In this document: one piece after another, positions 1-13,299 of the stretch
How positions within the stretch are numbered: position 1 is the first letter of the stretch
How the letters are laid out: the number at the start of each line of letters is the position of its first letter
Source of the DNA: Octopus bimaculoides
Lineage: Eukaryota
DNA length: 64,000 nt
Assembly (NCBI RefSeq): GCF_001194135.2
Contig: NC_068989.1
Location: 2,091,014 to 2,155,013, forward strand
Reading direction: 5' to 3'
The notes under the pieces: model-generated
Told to the model about the DNA's origin: nothing
Seen by the model: only the letters and a program-made list of their open reading frames with translations
Database searches by the model: none
Position numbers and translations under genes: made by a program

Positions 1-109
1 TTCATTATTACTTTGTTTGCTTATATTAGTTGTTTGTTTATATATTTTTTGTTAACTGGTTCATAAATTTCGACATTTCTCACGTAATTCAAATTCCGAA
101 ATCCTAATG

Positions 110-477
110 TTATTTTAGACATGCATACATACATACATACATGCATAATACATACATGCATACATACATACATACATACACACATATATGCATGCATGCA
201 TGCATCCATACATACAGACATACATACATGCATACATACATACATGCACGCATGCATACATACATGCACGCGTATATACATACATGCATGCAAACATGCA
301 CACATGCATACGTACATATATGCATACATACATGCACACATAGATACATACTCACCGACAGACACACACACACAGATACATATATATTTATATATTCATG
401 CATAAATGTATATTATATATTGATATATAAATAGAGGTCGAAAGCTATATACGACTGTATGCATGAGTGTTCATCCG

Positions 478-534
<57 letters not shown>

Positions 535-646
535 AAATCGGAAAAATAGTAAGTAATCGAATAAACGAACACATGATTAACAAAATCAGAGAAAATAGTA
601 ATCGTGAAAACGCAAGAACTATGTATATGTGTGATGTGTGTGTGCG

Positions 647-678
<32 letters not shown>

Positions 679-776
679 CATGTGTGTCTGTAAGTATGTA
701 TCTATGTATATATATATGTAGATAAAACTTACTTGGAAGAGGACGCGTGGCGTTCAATCATATAATAATACAAATA

Positions 777-871
<95 letters not shown>

Positions 872-970
872 TATATACATACGTCTATGTACATACTAAC
901 ATTTATACGTATATATATATATATATATGCATATGTGACATATATATGTATATGAAGAGACAGAGAGAGA

Positions 971-1006
<36 letters not shown>

Positions 1007-1040
1007 CAGACATAGACAGACAGACAGACAGACAGAGAAG

Positions 1041-1112
<72 letters not shown>

Positions 1113-1125
1113 GAGAAAGAGACGG
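110..1125. repeat. Compound microsatellite block: (CATA/CATG)n, (TG)n, (TA)n, (GA/GACA)n
   Basis: Simple repeats read directly; they explain the MCVY/HTYI/SLSL ORFs here. Confidence 0.97.
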
Positions 1126-1617
1126 GCAGAATGTGAAAGAATGAGATATAATAACTTACAGACAATTGTCCTAGTGTTTCTTACTAAATTCTATTTTGAT
1201 ATCTTTTTTCCTCTTTTTTCTTTCACTATAATATCTGGGGAATATATATACACTTCTTATGTCAAAAGACATCGATTATTTTATTGGAGAGACTCGAGGT
1301 AGAAAGTGCGAAACAGATAATTCAATTAACCATTATATTCATAATGCTGTTGCAAGAGAATTCGAGATGAGCCTGATCGAGTAGAACGTGGTCGGTGTTG
1401 TAGTTGTATTTGCAGTATCGGTTGTTTCTAGCGTTTGCGTATGAATATGAAGAAGGTACACCAAGGAAATTATTTGAAGCTTAAGCATGGAAAGGGTGGA
1501 TGAGCAGAAGATATTAAAATACCTTTTATTCCATGACATTTGCTATAATTAAATATAATGTAAACGCCATAAGCCAGTTCAAGGAAAACACACATTTATA
1601 TGTTTTAATACACGTCT

Positions 1618-1659
1618 ATCTGCCTGCCTGTCTGTCTGTCTGCCTGTCTGTCTGCCTGT

Positions 1660-1696
<37 letters not shown>

Positions 1697-1735
1697 TGCC
1701 TGTCTGTCTGTCTGTCTGTCTGTCTGCCTGTCTGG
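1618..1735. repeat. (CTGT/CTGC)n tetranucleotide microsatellite
   Basis: Direct reading. Confidence 0.95.
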
Positions 1736-2049
1736 CGGTCAATGTGTTAAACTTATCTTTATTAATGTATATATATAGATATTATTAATGTATATTAATG
1801 TATATATAGATATTATTAATGTATATCGAATAGATATACATAGATATATTACACAGATATAAGAGTTAGAAGTTGTGATCCGCCCGCGGAACTTTTTCTT
1901 TGGAAATTTTTGCCTGTCGCACTAAAAAATTATCCCACCCCTGGTCTATAGTCAGTTTTCATCCCATGATTTTGTCTTGGAAATTTTTACTATTCCCGCA
2001 ACAACTTTTTGCATTTCAGGGTACCGCCTGCCTGAAAGGATAGACTTGT

Positions 2050-2590
2050 TTCCTCGCCAAGAAGCTTCCTTCTTCAGAGGCTGGAAGTCGTAGAGACGAT
2101 TAAAGTGCTCAAATGTGACATGATGAAATTTGGAGATGATGAAATTTGGCTTGGGATGTTAGAAGCCTTGAATAAACAAGGTATTCTCTGGCTGAAGAAT
2201 GTATGCTAAGTGGCTTGAACCAATAGAAAGACACAAAACAAAGGCAATCAGGGGCGATGATCTATAGTTTTTGAAAAGGAGACAAGAGAAAGTGCCCTAA
2301 TCATAGAGAAATCTCCTTGCTGATCGCCTTTACTAAAGTCTACAACAGATGTCTGGAAAAATGATGTAGGGAAACTGTCGACATCAAGCTTGGTGAAGGA
2401 CAGTGTGGCGGCAGTCCTGGACACAGCTCAACCGACCAGGTATTTCCTCTTCTGTACGTCTTCTAGAAATCGTGGAAATATTGCCAGGAAATGTATGCTT
2501 ACTTTGTAGACATGGAAAAGACACATGACTGCGTGCAACAGGACATGCTTTGCTGCATGACTGAATTTGATTCAAAGACATCAAGTAATA
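2050..2590 (+). mobile_element. Degenerate RTE-clade LINE reverse transcriptase fragment
   Basis: Manual translation with stops and frameshifts: EVVETIKVLK..GDDEIWLGMLEALNKQGILWL / QSGAMIYSF*KGDKRKCPNHREISLL..KVYNRCLEK*CRETV..QCGGSPGHSSTDQVF..KSWKYCQEMYAYFVDMEKTHDCV. This follows the RTE RT order DEIRPEMLKAL..FKKGD..NYRGISLL..QCGFRPGRSTTDQ..FVDLEKAYDRV. Confidence 0.9.
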
Positions 2591-3247
2591 TAGGAATTAT
2601 AGGACAAGTGAGTCATCCTTCGGTATGCTACTTATTATCTCTGTCTCCTTCCGGGATGTTTGGATTCCGTTGAGCCATATTCCTAATAAATCAACCTTCT
2701 CCATTCTCCACTCACACCTATATGAACTATAGTTAGGGTACAAGGTATTGGTAAAACTGTTTCCTTTCCATTAAATTATAATCAAGACATCGACTGAGAT
2801 ACATAAATGTCTTAATTAGCACAGAGCTATTTTCGTCATGATCTGAAAATCGTAATAATATGAACGATGTAAAGTGAAATGAGGTGAAGTGAGAAATGAG
2901 ATAAAGTAAACGAAATAGGTGTTGGATTTCCTATGTCTCCTTTTAACATGAACTTAGCGGCCATTCCATGGCACCAACCCTCGCCAGCCATTTGACGGAG
3001 TGATTTTATTGTTGTACAAATTTGACGTTTATTGAGCAATAAAATCATCCAAATTGAATGTAATCAGTGAATAATTGCACCCCAGACTGAATATGTTCAT
3101 AAACGAGATTTGTTCATCTTTCTTTATAGATACTAAATGTTAATTGTTCCGTTGTAACTGAATTATGAGTGTTAAGTATTTATTAACACAACGTATTCAA
3201 ATAATTGGACTTGCAAACAGTTGAACGACAGAGCTAATAACTCCTAA

Positions 3248-3354
<107 letters not shown>

Positions 3355-3479
3355 TGGGTTGTCTACTAGGTCGGCTTGCTTTGTAGGTGCTATATTCCAA
3401 TTGTGCCACTCCGTCACGTCACACTCATCGTCGCCATCGCTGTCGTTCGCGTCGTAAATAAACCTTTGCTGTTTGGAGT

Positions 3480-4085
3480 GATTCTATTTCTGAAGTGGAT
3501 TCGCTGATGACTGAATAACCCCAGATATAATACACAAATTATTCCACACTGGACACAAACTGTGGCCGCGAGAGTTTATAAATGACCAGTGTAAGCAACG
3601 TATTATTTTTTTCCCCTTTGTATTCATCAACATGTTCAGTTCTCTCATTTTGAAAGTTCTTAATTTTTTTGACGAACTCATTTTATCTACCTCAGATGTT
3701 TTGTCATCAGCCCTTTCCAACTGATGATGCAGGACTTGAGACTCTGTTTCAATAGCTCCTTGAAATGTCCCCCTTCATTCTTCCTTTCAACTGGCAACAA
3801 AAAATTCATTTTAGAAACCTGCTATAATTCGGACGATCTGATCAGCTCACCTAAACTATTGGAGGCAATTTTCTCAATGCTGGGAGTTTTTACTTCATTG
3901 CAGACACTGCTATTCCTTCAATAATTCTCCCGACTGATTTCAAGAATGTTTACTCCATAACGATGATAAAACCATTCTAATATTTTCAGTTTGCGATAGA
4001 TTTTCTGTGCACCAAACCATAAAGAAAAGCTGAAAGATACAACCTTGTAGGCAACCATTTCAGTCTTTGAGAACTCGTGTCGCTA
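3480..4085 (-). mobile_element. Degenerate RTE-clade LINE 3' end (RT thumb/C-terminal region plus C-terminal Cys motif)
   Basis: Minus-strand peptides LSAFLYG..IYRKLKILEWFYHRY..ILEIS, VERKNEGGHFKELLKQSLKSCI and HSLCPVWNNLC..G resemble RTE LLYG(S)ETW..GKRSQGGQKKRFKD.LK.SLK.C and the terminal C..C..C.S.IGL.SH. Confidence 0.75.
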
Positions 4086-6202
4086 AACAGTTAAAGCTTT
4101 CTCTAGTACAATGAAGCATGAATCAGGTCATCGATGTCAACATAAGATAATATGGGGAGATTTGTCCCCATATTGAGGATAATTGTGAGAATCATTCTGT
4201 TCCGCTAAGAACAGAAATCATATTCTGACTCGTACACACACACGCGCACATATTTACAGATCCTCGGTCAGTTGCAATGATGAGCATTAAGTTGGTTGAT
4301 CCCTGAGCTATTCATGCATGAAATTAATATGTAAGACAATGAGTATTGCACAGACGTGTACATTTCATGTAATTCTCTTGCCAAATCAAGAGAGACTCTG
4401 TGACGGAGCTGGCTCATTAAATTACGTTAAAATAGAGTTTGAGCATGTTATTGCATTTGTGGCTTGGCTCAAATATAGATATGATTATTAATAGATGTTT
4501 TAAGCCACAGCAAAATACATGCCAGTTTTTAAATGGCTTTATTTCTATATCCAACATAATATATAACAAATTATATATATACACACATAACAAATACAGA
4601 CGGACTTTTAACAATCAAACAATGTCTGTGTATAAAATAATTTTAGCGAATAGTTGGGATGCCTGCGAGATCCTCTTCTACAAACTGTTATGATAAGCTG
4701 TTCAATAATAAAATTTATTTTAAAATGGCTGTAAGAAAATAATCATTCAAGTACTATCTGAAGTGGACAGTAACCGTCAGCCATATAATTTACTCGTGTA
4801 GTGGGTGGGAGCAATGAAAGATAGATAGATGCATAGATAGAGAGAAAGATAGATAGAGATAGAGAGAGAGAAAGAAAGAGAGAGAGAGACAGAGGGAGAG
4901 GGACAGATTGAGAGATAGAGACATGGCAAAGCAAGTAATTCGTTTTTAGAATTAGGATTTAACAGGGAAACGAATATATTTTCATAAGTTTTCTGAAAAT
5001 GAATTTGAAGAACGGCGATTCATAATTTTCTTCCCGTTTTGTGAGAGATTTAGTTTTAAAAGAATAAATTTTCTATTTATGAACGTGGTGGTTTAATGGT
5101 TTTGATGACCGTCTTGGGAAATATATCTGTGTGTCTGTGTATATACATAATATGATGATGACGACGACGACGACGATGATGATGCTGGTGGTGGTGGTGG
5201 TAGTGTTAGCGATGATGATGATGATATACACTTAGTTGATCCACAGAGGCTTGTATATCCTTTCAGTCTGTAAGTATCGACTAGTTTTGATCCTGATACC
5301 TTTTCTTTTGTGGAATGTTTTACTTCTTATCGAATTTTGGCTTTTCTGATATATAAATCCTGTATTGAGTTCCTTTCTGTACTATTTGCAAAGCCATATA
5401 CATACCCCCAGCGTATTTATGTGTTTCAGCATTTTCTGTATGCAGTATATCTCAAGTCCAGTTGTCCGTTTCTTGATTGCATTTAGTAATGAAATATCTC
5501 AATTAACTCAACTTTTCCTGCCAATGTTGTTGTACTTCGGTCGGCTGTAGAGCTCAGGCTGTACATAAACGGCCAGAGTTGAATATCAAATGAAATAATT
5601 TTGATGACCCTTGGGATATCTTGTGTTGAGTCTTTTATATATCTTTTATCTGGTATATCGAATTCACACTGATATAAAATATACATACATACATATACAT
5701 GTATATATGCATACACACACATTATGTGTTTGTATGTAATATATATTTGTATGTATGTATGTATGTATGTATGTATGTATAGATACATAAATATATATAT
5801 ATGTATATGTGTGTGTGTGTGTTTATATATATTTCTTGTTTAAGTATTAGAAACCGAACAGGCAACTCCCCACCCCACACCCAGTCACCACATTCCGGCT
5901 TCCAATCGAGATTCCTCACGTCTCACACTAAAACGTTGTAAAGTGAAGGTGGTTGTAGGGGGTTTGGACTGGATATGCATTATGAAAAACATGCAAAAAG
6001 CGCAGTGTTTGCTAATGGACAATTAACGATTTACATTCATGTGACACTGTTTAGTGATTGTGAATCCATTTCTGTTTGGTCCATTGAGAAAATCGATGAT
6101 GCCAGCTATCAAGAACCACGCGAACAATGTCGAAAGAGCTAATATTCTGATTCACACTTAACCACTATGCTAATTACGAGGAACATCCTCCAACGGCAGC
6201 TA

Positions 6203-6410
<208 letters not shown>

Positions 6411-6581
6411 GTATTTATGCGACTGCTTATCTTTGCTGTATGAGGCTCAAACGCCACGGAACTACATGCGATAACGTTGTTGACTAGCGTTATCGATACA
6501 ACAACCGCACCACCACCACCACCACCACCACCACCACCACCACCACCACCACGGGGTGGAGCACTTGCAGAAAACTGCATT

Positions 6582-7062
6582 NNNNNNNNNNNNNNNNNNN
6601 NNNNNNNNNNNNNNNNNNNNNNNNNNNNNNNNNNNNNNNNNNNNNNNNNNNNNNNNNNNNNNNNNNNNNNNNNNNNNNNNNNNNNNNNNNNNNNNNNNNN
6701 NNNNNNNNNNNNNNNNNNNNNNNNNNNNNNNNNNNNNNNNNNNNNNNNNNNNNNNNNNNNNNNNNNNNNNNNNNNNNNNNNNNNNNNNNNNNNNNNNNNN
6801 NNNNNNNNNNNNNNNNNNNNNNNNNNNNNNNNNNNNNNNNNNNNNNNNNNNNNNNNNNNNNNNNNNNNNNNNNNNNNNNNNNNNNNNNNNNNNNNNNNNN
6901 NNNNNNNNNNNNNNNNNNNNNNNNNNNNNNNNNNNNNNNNNNNNNNNNNNNNNNNNNNNNNNNNNNNNNNNNNNNNNNNNNNNNNNNNNNNNNNNNNNNN
7001 NNNNNNNNNNNNNNNNNNNNNNNNNNNNNNNNNNNNNNNNNNNNNNNNNNNNNNNNNNNNNN
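6582..7062. other. Assembly gap (N). Other gaps: 8883-9433, 10653-11077, 24687-24817, 30340-30852, 33028-33127, 33318-33583, 40881-40956, 49999-50249
   Basis: N runs; most abut microsatellites, typical of short-read assembly breaks. Confidence 1.
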
Positions 7063-8059
7063 ATAGAAACCTTTCCAAACTGTTTGATCTGCTGCCATTT
7101 TCTTTATCTGAACTCCTAATTCCAAACATTAATCAAATAATTCCTGAAATTCTTTGACTTGCCTGCAAACTTCGAGTTTTTTCCCAGTCTTCAAACATTT
7201 CTCACAACATTTTCGAAGGACTTATGTTGCTTGCGTTTATAGGATTCTTGTTGCGGCTCGTACTGTTTATACTGTTTGTATGTTTTCCCTTGTGTTTTGC
7301 GTGCGCTTTTCTCCTTTGAGAAGCTGTAAATATGTATGTTTGAGCTTCTTCCTGTTTGCTTTCCCTGACCTTTCAGAAGTTTTTGCCATTTTTGTCTGCT
7401 TTACTGTTTGAAAATACTTACGGGTTAATATGCTTACGATGTCGGAGGAATTGCTATCATTACAGTGAAGCCATTTTGAACAACATATATCAATACAAAT
7501 ATCCACACGATAAAAACCATCTTTCGGCGAACACTTTCCCATCCCGTTATCCCCTTTACCTTTTTATTAAAACATTAGGTTTTCGAAACTTTTATCAGAT
7601 TTCTGTCACCGCTTGACCAGACGAAATGCTGCTGCCTGAGGTCATCCACAAGAGTAAAATATATGAGAGAACAGCTTCTTAAAAGGTTGTGGAACAAACA
7701 TCTTATATGTTCTCTTTCTATTGAAGACATTACTAAGTCCTGTATTTTTATTTTAAGGTTGTTACTTCTTTTCCAGAAATGTTGATGAAGGTCTCTTTAA
7801 TCATTCCGCGTAATCTTTGAAACCTACTGGTTTCATTGTGCCCAACCACATGTGAAATGTTCAGTAGTCGACCTGCGTTAATTGCCTGCACGTATTACTA
7901 CTGCCAGCGTTATTCTTTTAAGCGCATATATTGATTAGGAAGAAAACTCATCAAAGTATCAACATTAGGCTTCGTCTGAAATAAATCTCGTTAGATTTGT
8001 ACAGTTTCTTCTGAAACGATAAAGAATCCCGGCAACACTGATCCGACGAGAGAGTAGAA

Positions 8060-8157
8060 TGTGTGTGCGTGTGTGTGTGTGTGTAAGTGTGTGTGTACAT
8101 ATGTATATACATATATATTCTCACACACACGTATATATATGTATATAAACATATATA

Positions 8158-8216
<59 letters not shown>

Positions 8217-8320
8217 ATACATATATATATATATATAAACATACATATACAAACACACACACATACAGGCACAAACACACATACAGGCATACTTGTGTTG
8301 TGCGTGTGTTTAGGTGTGTG

Positions 8321-8418
<98 letters not shown>
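8060..8418. repeat. (TG)n/(TA)n/(CA)n compound microsatellite
   Basis: Direct reading. Confidence 0.97.
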
Positions 8419-8419
<1 letters not shown>

Positions 8420-8479
8420 CTGAGGGCTCAGCTGTGCTTCTCTTTGATCATTTTATTAGATATTTTTCACCTTTTCTTA

Positions 8480-8800
8480 TTAGTCCTTTATGCTTAATTA
8501 GGGCAATAAAGTTCCTCGGTCGAAAGCGTTTGCAAATCTTGGCATTATCCGCTCTCTATGAAGTAGATGTTTGTAATAGTGTTTGGCATTAGCTTTTTTC
8601 TTGTTAGCAAGCATCAAGGAATAGATGTTATTGATGATATCGCACTCAATGGGTTTCAAATTCCAACGATTAACTCTGAATTACTTCAAACAATCAGCAA
8701 CGGTTCTCACTTTATCATCCGTGCGTACAATTTTACTTCTATTTTCCTTTCAATAAGGCCCGGAATTCGTTTGATGATGACCGACATATAGCTTCCTGCT
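8480..8800 (-). mobile_element. Possible highly decayed Tc1/mariner transposase remnant
   Basis: Minus-strand KKANAKHYYKHLLHRERIMPRF..PRNFI weakly resembles the KVNAKxY..HL..EL.P...YPRNDF.F segment before the second catalytic Asp; weak. Confidence 0.25.
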
Positions 8801-8850
8801 TCTCTGTTTAGTTTTGCGGTGCAGCTACAACACATTATGCCACAGAACCA

Positions 8851-8882
<32 letters not shown>

Positions 8883-9433
8883 NNNNNNNNNNNNNNNNNN
8901 NNNNNNNNNNNNNNNNNNNNNNNNNNNNNNNNNNNNNNNNNNNNNNNNNNNNNNNNNNNNNNNNNNNNNNNNNNNNNNNNNNNNNNNNNNNNNNNNNNNN
9001 NNNNNNNNNNNNNNNNNNNNNNNNNNNNNNNNNNNNNNNNNNNNNNNNNNNNNNNNNNNNNNNNNNNNNNNNNNNNNNNNNNNNNNNNNNNNNNNNNNNN
9101 NNNNNNNNNNNNNNNNNNNNNNNNNNNNNNNNNNNNNNNNNNNNNNNNNNNNNNNNNNNNNNNNNNNNNNNNNNNNNNNNNNNNNNNNNNNNNNNNNNNN
9201 NNNNNNNNNNNNNNNNNNNNNNNNNNNNNNNNNNNNNNNNNNNNNNNNNNNNNNNNNNNNNNNNNNNNNNNNNNNNNNNNNNNNNNNNNNNNNNNNNNNN
9301 NNNNNNNNNNNNNNNNNNNNNNNNNNNNNNNNNNNNNNNNNNNNNNNNNNNNNNNNNNNNNNNNNNNNNNNNNNNNNNNNNNNNNNNNNNNNNNNNNNNN
9401 NNNNNNNNNNNNNNNNNNNNNNNNNNNNNNNNN

Positions 9434-9494
<61 letters not shown>

Positions 9495-9618
9495 AAAATG
9501 ATGGATATACTGAAAAAATTAGATGAATAGATATATGGCTAAGCCCCTCTCTCTCTTTCCAGTTTTCTTTTTACTCTCTCTTCATTCTTTCTCTCTTACT
9601 CACTCTGTCTCACAAGTA

Positions 9619-9651
<33 letters not shown>

Positions 9652-11077
9652 GAAAACGACGACAACAACATCATCACCGAGAGTATCCACGTAAACATGT
9701 TTCAAATAGAATATATTTGTTTATTTATATGCTTGTCCTAACATTTACTTTCAAATCTCTCGGACAAAGGTTTCTCTTCATGTAACTCATTTACATATTT
9801 TTGTACACCTCAGTGAAAGGGCTTTCTCAAGCAACAAATGCCTCATTGATAAAACGATACGGAATCCCAAGCAATGTGCACACGCATGAACACTAATTCA
9901 AAGACCAGAGTCAAAGCTACAACTAAGAAGTGGACACTGTGAAATTAGAAGTAAGCAAACCATAAATGTCAGGATTCTTTTATATCAAAGATATAATTAT
10001 TTCACAGAAATCTTAACATTCTATCGAATGGAAGATTGGCTTTTTATCAAATGTGTTATTGTATCTTATCAAATTTGCTTCAAGTTATGGGAGAATATAC
10101 GTGCACACACAGGCGCGCGCGTACTCCAACGTTTACACGCATGCATGCATGTGTTTACGTATGTATGTATATATGTATGCATGTGTATATATGTATATAT
10201 GTGTATATATAGGCATGTGTGTGCGCTTTCGTATACATATACATGGATAGATGGACAGATTGAGAGATAAATAGAAGGAATATATATGTGGATGCATATC
10301 TACAGAAGAGCCGGAAAAATTTCCCATACTGCCAAGCAAAGCGTGCGATCTCAGTCACTGGGTTATACGCATGCATATATATCTGTACATGTTTGTTGTA
10401 TGTCTAACGTTCATACACACACACATATACATACACACACGCTCACACACACACGCACACAGACGCATACACACGCACACACACGCACACACACACACAC
10501 ATCAAGAGGAATTCAAATATTCACTTTGTTGAATATATAAGCAGTAAGGTTACGACTTTTTGATCCGTGGCAAGATACGTGAATATATAATTAGGAGAAA
10601 CCATCCTCATCATTGTTTACATGAATATGTTGTGTGTGTATATATATATATANNNNNNNNNNNNNNNNNNNNNNNNNNNNNNNNNNNNNNNNNNNNNNNN
10701 NNNNNNNNNNNNNNNNNNNNNNNNNNNNNNNNNNNNNNNNNNNNNNNNNNNNNNNNNNNNNNNNNNNNNNNNNNNNNNNNNNNNNNNNNNNNNNNNNNNN
10801 NNNNNNNNNNNNNNNNNNNNNNNNNNNNNNNNNNNNNNNNNNNNNNNNNNNNNNNNNNNNNNNNNNNNNNNNNNNNNNNNNNNNNNNNNNNNNNNNNNNN
10901 NNNNNNNNNNNNNNNNNNNNNNNNNNNNNNNNNNNNNNNNNNNNNNNNNNNNNNNNNNNNNNNNNNNNNNNNNNNNNNNNNNNNNNNNNNNNNNNNNNNN
11001 NNNNNNNNNNNNNNNNNNNNNNNNNNNNNNNNNNNNNNNNNNNNNNNNNNNNNNNNNNNNNNNNNNNNNNNNNNNNN

Positions 11078-11108
<31 letters not shown>

Positions 11109-11149
11109 ATATATATATATATACATTTATATACGTATGTGTGTTCAGC

Positions 11150-11330
11150 CATGTAACCACTCCAGTGCTTTTCTGGGACTTTTCCGTCTCCGGTCCCTTC
11201 CCCTCTCTCCCTTCTGACGAAGAGCCATGCTCGAAACGTAAAAAAAAACTGAGCGTCAGTTTAATATAGTTCATGTGTGAGTCTATTCGCCTTTTGCTGT
11301 CTTGTTATTTTTTATTGTCGATTTGCCTAT
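11150..11330 (+). mobile_element. Penelope-like pLTR remnant carrying a hammerhead motif
   Basis: CTGACGA(11214-11220)-A-GAGC-cat-GCTC-GAAA(11233-11236)-CGTA, in the pyrimidine-rich context typical of PLE pLTRs. Confidence 0.6.
11212..11242 (+). ncRNA. Minimal type I hammerhead ribozyme motif (PLE-type; helix I decayed)
   Basis: Core CUGACGA, 4-bp helix II, GAAA, palindromic ACGU helix III, GUA cleavage triplet (11238-11240); helix I only 2 bp (TT/AA). Confidence 0.6.
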
Positions 11331-11803
11331 ATACATATATATGTGTATATATGTATTTATTTGTATATCTATATATATGTATATATCGTGTTATTATGAG
11401 AAGAGACGTATGTTAACAGAACTACCGACAGGAGTCGAACACAAGACACTCCAAATCCTAGTTATAATATCCATGTAAAATGGAGTAAGGACTGGTTAGC
11501 TTGTAGTGGCACAGAATCGTAAAATGTATTATAAGGGACTCAAACCAAGTCGTGATATTTTGAATACATCTAATACGGTCCTATCAAATAATTGTGCTAT
11601 AGATAAAAAGGGGAATTTCATCTCTTACGCAAAATCCTCCTTAGTTAAGACATATAAAAGTATGAGAAAATTGATGGAATTCGTCCGTTATATATTTGGT
11701 CGGGGCTACTAAAAATTTAAATAAAATAAAATATCAATCGACTAAAAGAATTTTTTCTCACTCCCTTCAAAAATATGCCAAAAAGTTCATTTCATAAAAA
11801 CCA

Positions 11804-11997
11804 AGATATGTTGGAGTCCAGGGGCGTAAGAGAGCGTGAACAATTAATTATTAAAATTCCTGTTCATCCTGATGAGGGGGTCATTGCCGATATGCACCTA
11901 ACTCATAATTCGAACCGCGGCAGTGAACTCCCGAAATGGCTATAGATGTCGTTTGACTTGATTTTGTGGAACTCTCTTACGCTCCTGGACTCCAACA

Positions 11998-12002
<5 letters not shown>
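11804..12002 (+). mobile_element. ~200-bp non-autonomous element with 31-bp terminal inverted repeats enclosing a hammerhead (Penelope pLTR plus inverted tail, or MITE-like)
   Basis: 11804-11834 AGATATGTTGGAGTCCAGGGGCGTAAGAGAG is the reverse complement of 11972-12002 with 1 mismatch. Alternative boundary TA|TGTTGG...CCAACA|TA (11809-11997). Confidence 0.85.
11865..11948 (+). ncRNA. Type I hammerhead ribozyme
   Basis: Helix I CATC(11865-68)/GATG(11945-48); CUGAUGA 11869-75; 14-bp helix II 11876-89/11918-32 with one bulge and 2 G-U; GAAA 11933-36; near-palindromic helix III ATGGCTAT 11936-43; predicted cleavage after A11944 (AUA). Confidence 0.8.
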
Positions 12003-12051
<49 letters not shown>

Positions 12052-12053
<2 letters not shown>

Positions 12054-12181
12054 CCCGAGAACTACGTTAAGGGTACACGTGTCTGTGGAGTGCTCAGCCA
12101 CTTTCACGTTAATTTCACGAGCAGGCTGTTCCGTTGATCGGATCAACTGGATCCCTCGTTGTCGTAACCGACAGAGTGCCA
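12052..12181 (+). mobile_element. SINE family B, 3' part
   Basis: Near-identical to 25745-25873 (CCCCGAGAACTACGTTAAGGGTACAC...GATCGGATCAACT...GAGTGCCA). Confidence 0.92.
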
Positions 12182-12769
12182 TGATAACGTGTATAAAGAT
12201 TTTAAACCATTATTTAATGAATCAACAATGTTGAACAAGAAAAATCAAGAAGATTTCCCGGGTGAACATTTTATACTTTATGTGTACTTTTAATTTGCTT
12301 ATTTTTATTCTCCTTTTTTGCACCAATTCTAATGAGTATCCGTATAAATAAAAGTTCTAAATAGTTTAGGTATCATACCTAAGGGAAGTGGGTCTTTTTT
12401 TTTTTGATTATATATTGAATGAAAGAAGCGCACGTGAAAGGTTTTTCAAATAATCGCTTCACGAAACGACAAAATCGATGGAATTCAGGAAGAAAAGCTA
12501 CGGAAAGAGAAAGGAAGACAAAAAAAGAATAAAGTTCAAGAGAAATTACGTCTGTGAGAATTGCAAATTTGCGAGACAGGAAACAGAAATTATGGCAAGA
12601 AAATGAATATAAACGCTAAGCCAAGGGAAGAGACGAGATTTTAAGAAACATATATATGAAATGATGTAATGTATCACAAAGAGAATTCTGGGAAGGAGAA
12701 GAAAAGAAAGAGAAAGAGTTGTGCAAAGAGGAAATCTTTCACAAAAAGCAATAAAAGAAAGACAAGGAC

Positions 12770-12849
<80 letters not shown>

Positions 12850-13299
12850 GGAGAGAGAGAGATTTTCAGGAATAGCAGAAGTAATCCAGGGAAGAAGAAT
12901 GCATAAGATAAGAATTATAGAAAAGAGCAAAAAGTTGAAATTTCAGAATGGAGAAGGAATGGAGAAGAGAAAAGGCAAATGATGGAGCGACTCCACAGTG
13001 CTGACATTGCTGAGAATATGAGACAAGTAAGGGCAAGGTCCATATTTTTCACAGCGAACCACTTAATATACAGCATCGTCGAGATTCACGCTTATTGTGA
13101 CGCAATGAATGACATCTGTTTGCTCTGTACTTCACTGACATATTTATCACAAGAATATCTCAACATAAAAGCGAAACTAATGTCACAGGCATCTTTATTC
13201 AAGTGTTCCCAGATGACAGGGAGGAAGAAAATGAAAGAAAGATCGACAGGGAAAGGATAAGTGTTTTCAGAATCACTGCGAGGTTAATAACGTAAAAGT

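Noticed and set aside
21-1165. Many 60-300 aa ORFs rich in CV/HT/YI/SL/RE/poly-D/H/I here and throughout the window
   Set aside because: They are translations of microsatellites or run through N-gaps, with no coding signal
7063-7260. Minus-strand ELGVQIKKMAADQTVWKG resembling a LINE C-terminal A.DR..WR motif
   Set aside because: Similarity too short and abuts a gap
12415-12470. Hammerhead-like layout TTGAATGA..GAAGCG...CGCTTC-AC-GAAACGAC
   Set aside because: A 6-bp stem and GAAAC are present, but the CUGANGA core, cleavage triplet and helix I are broken; at best a dead relic
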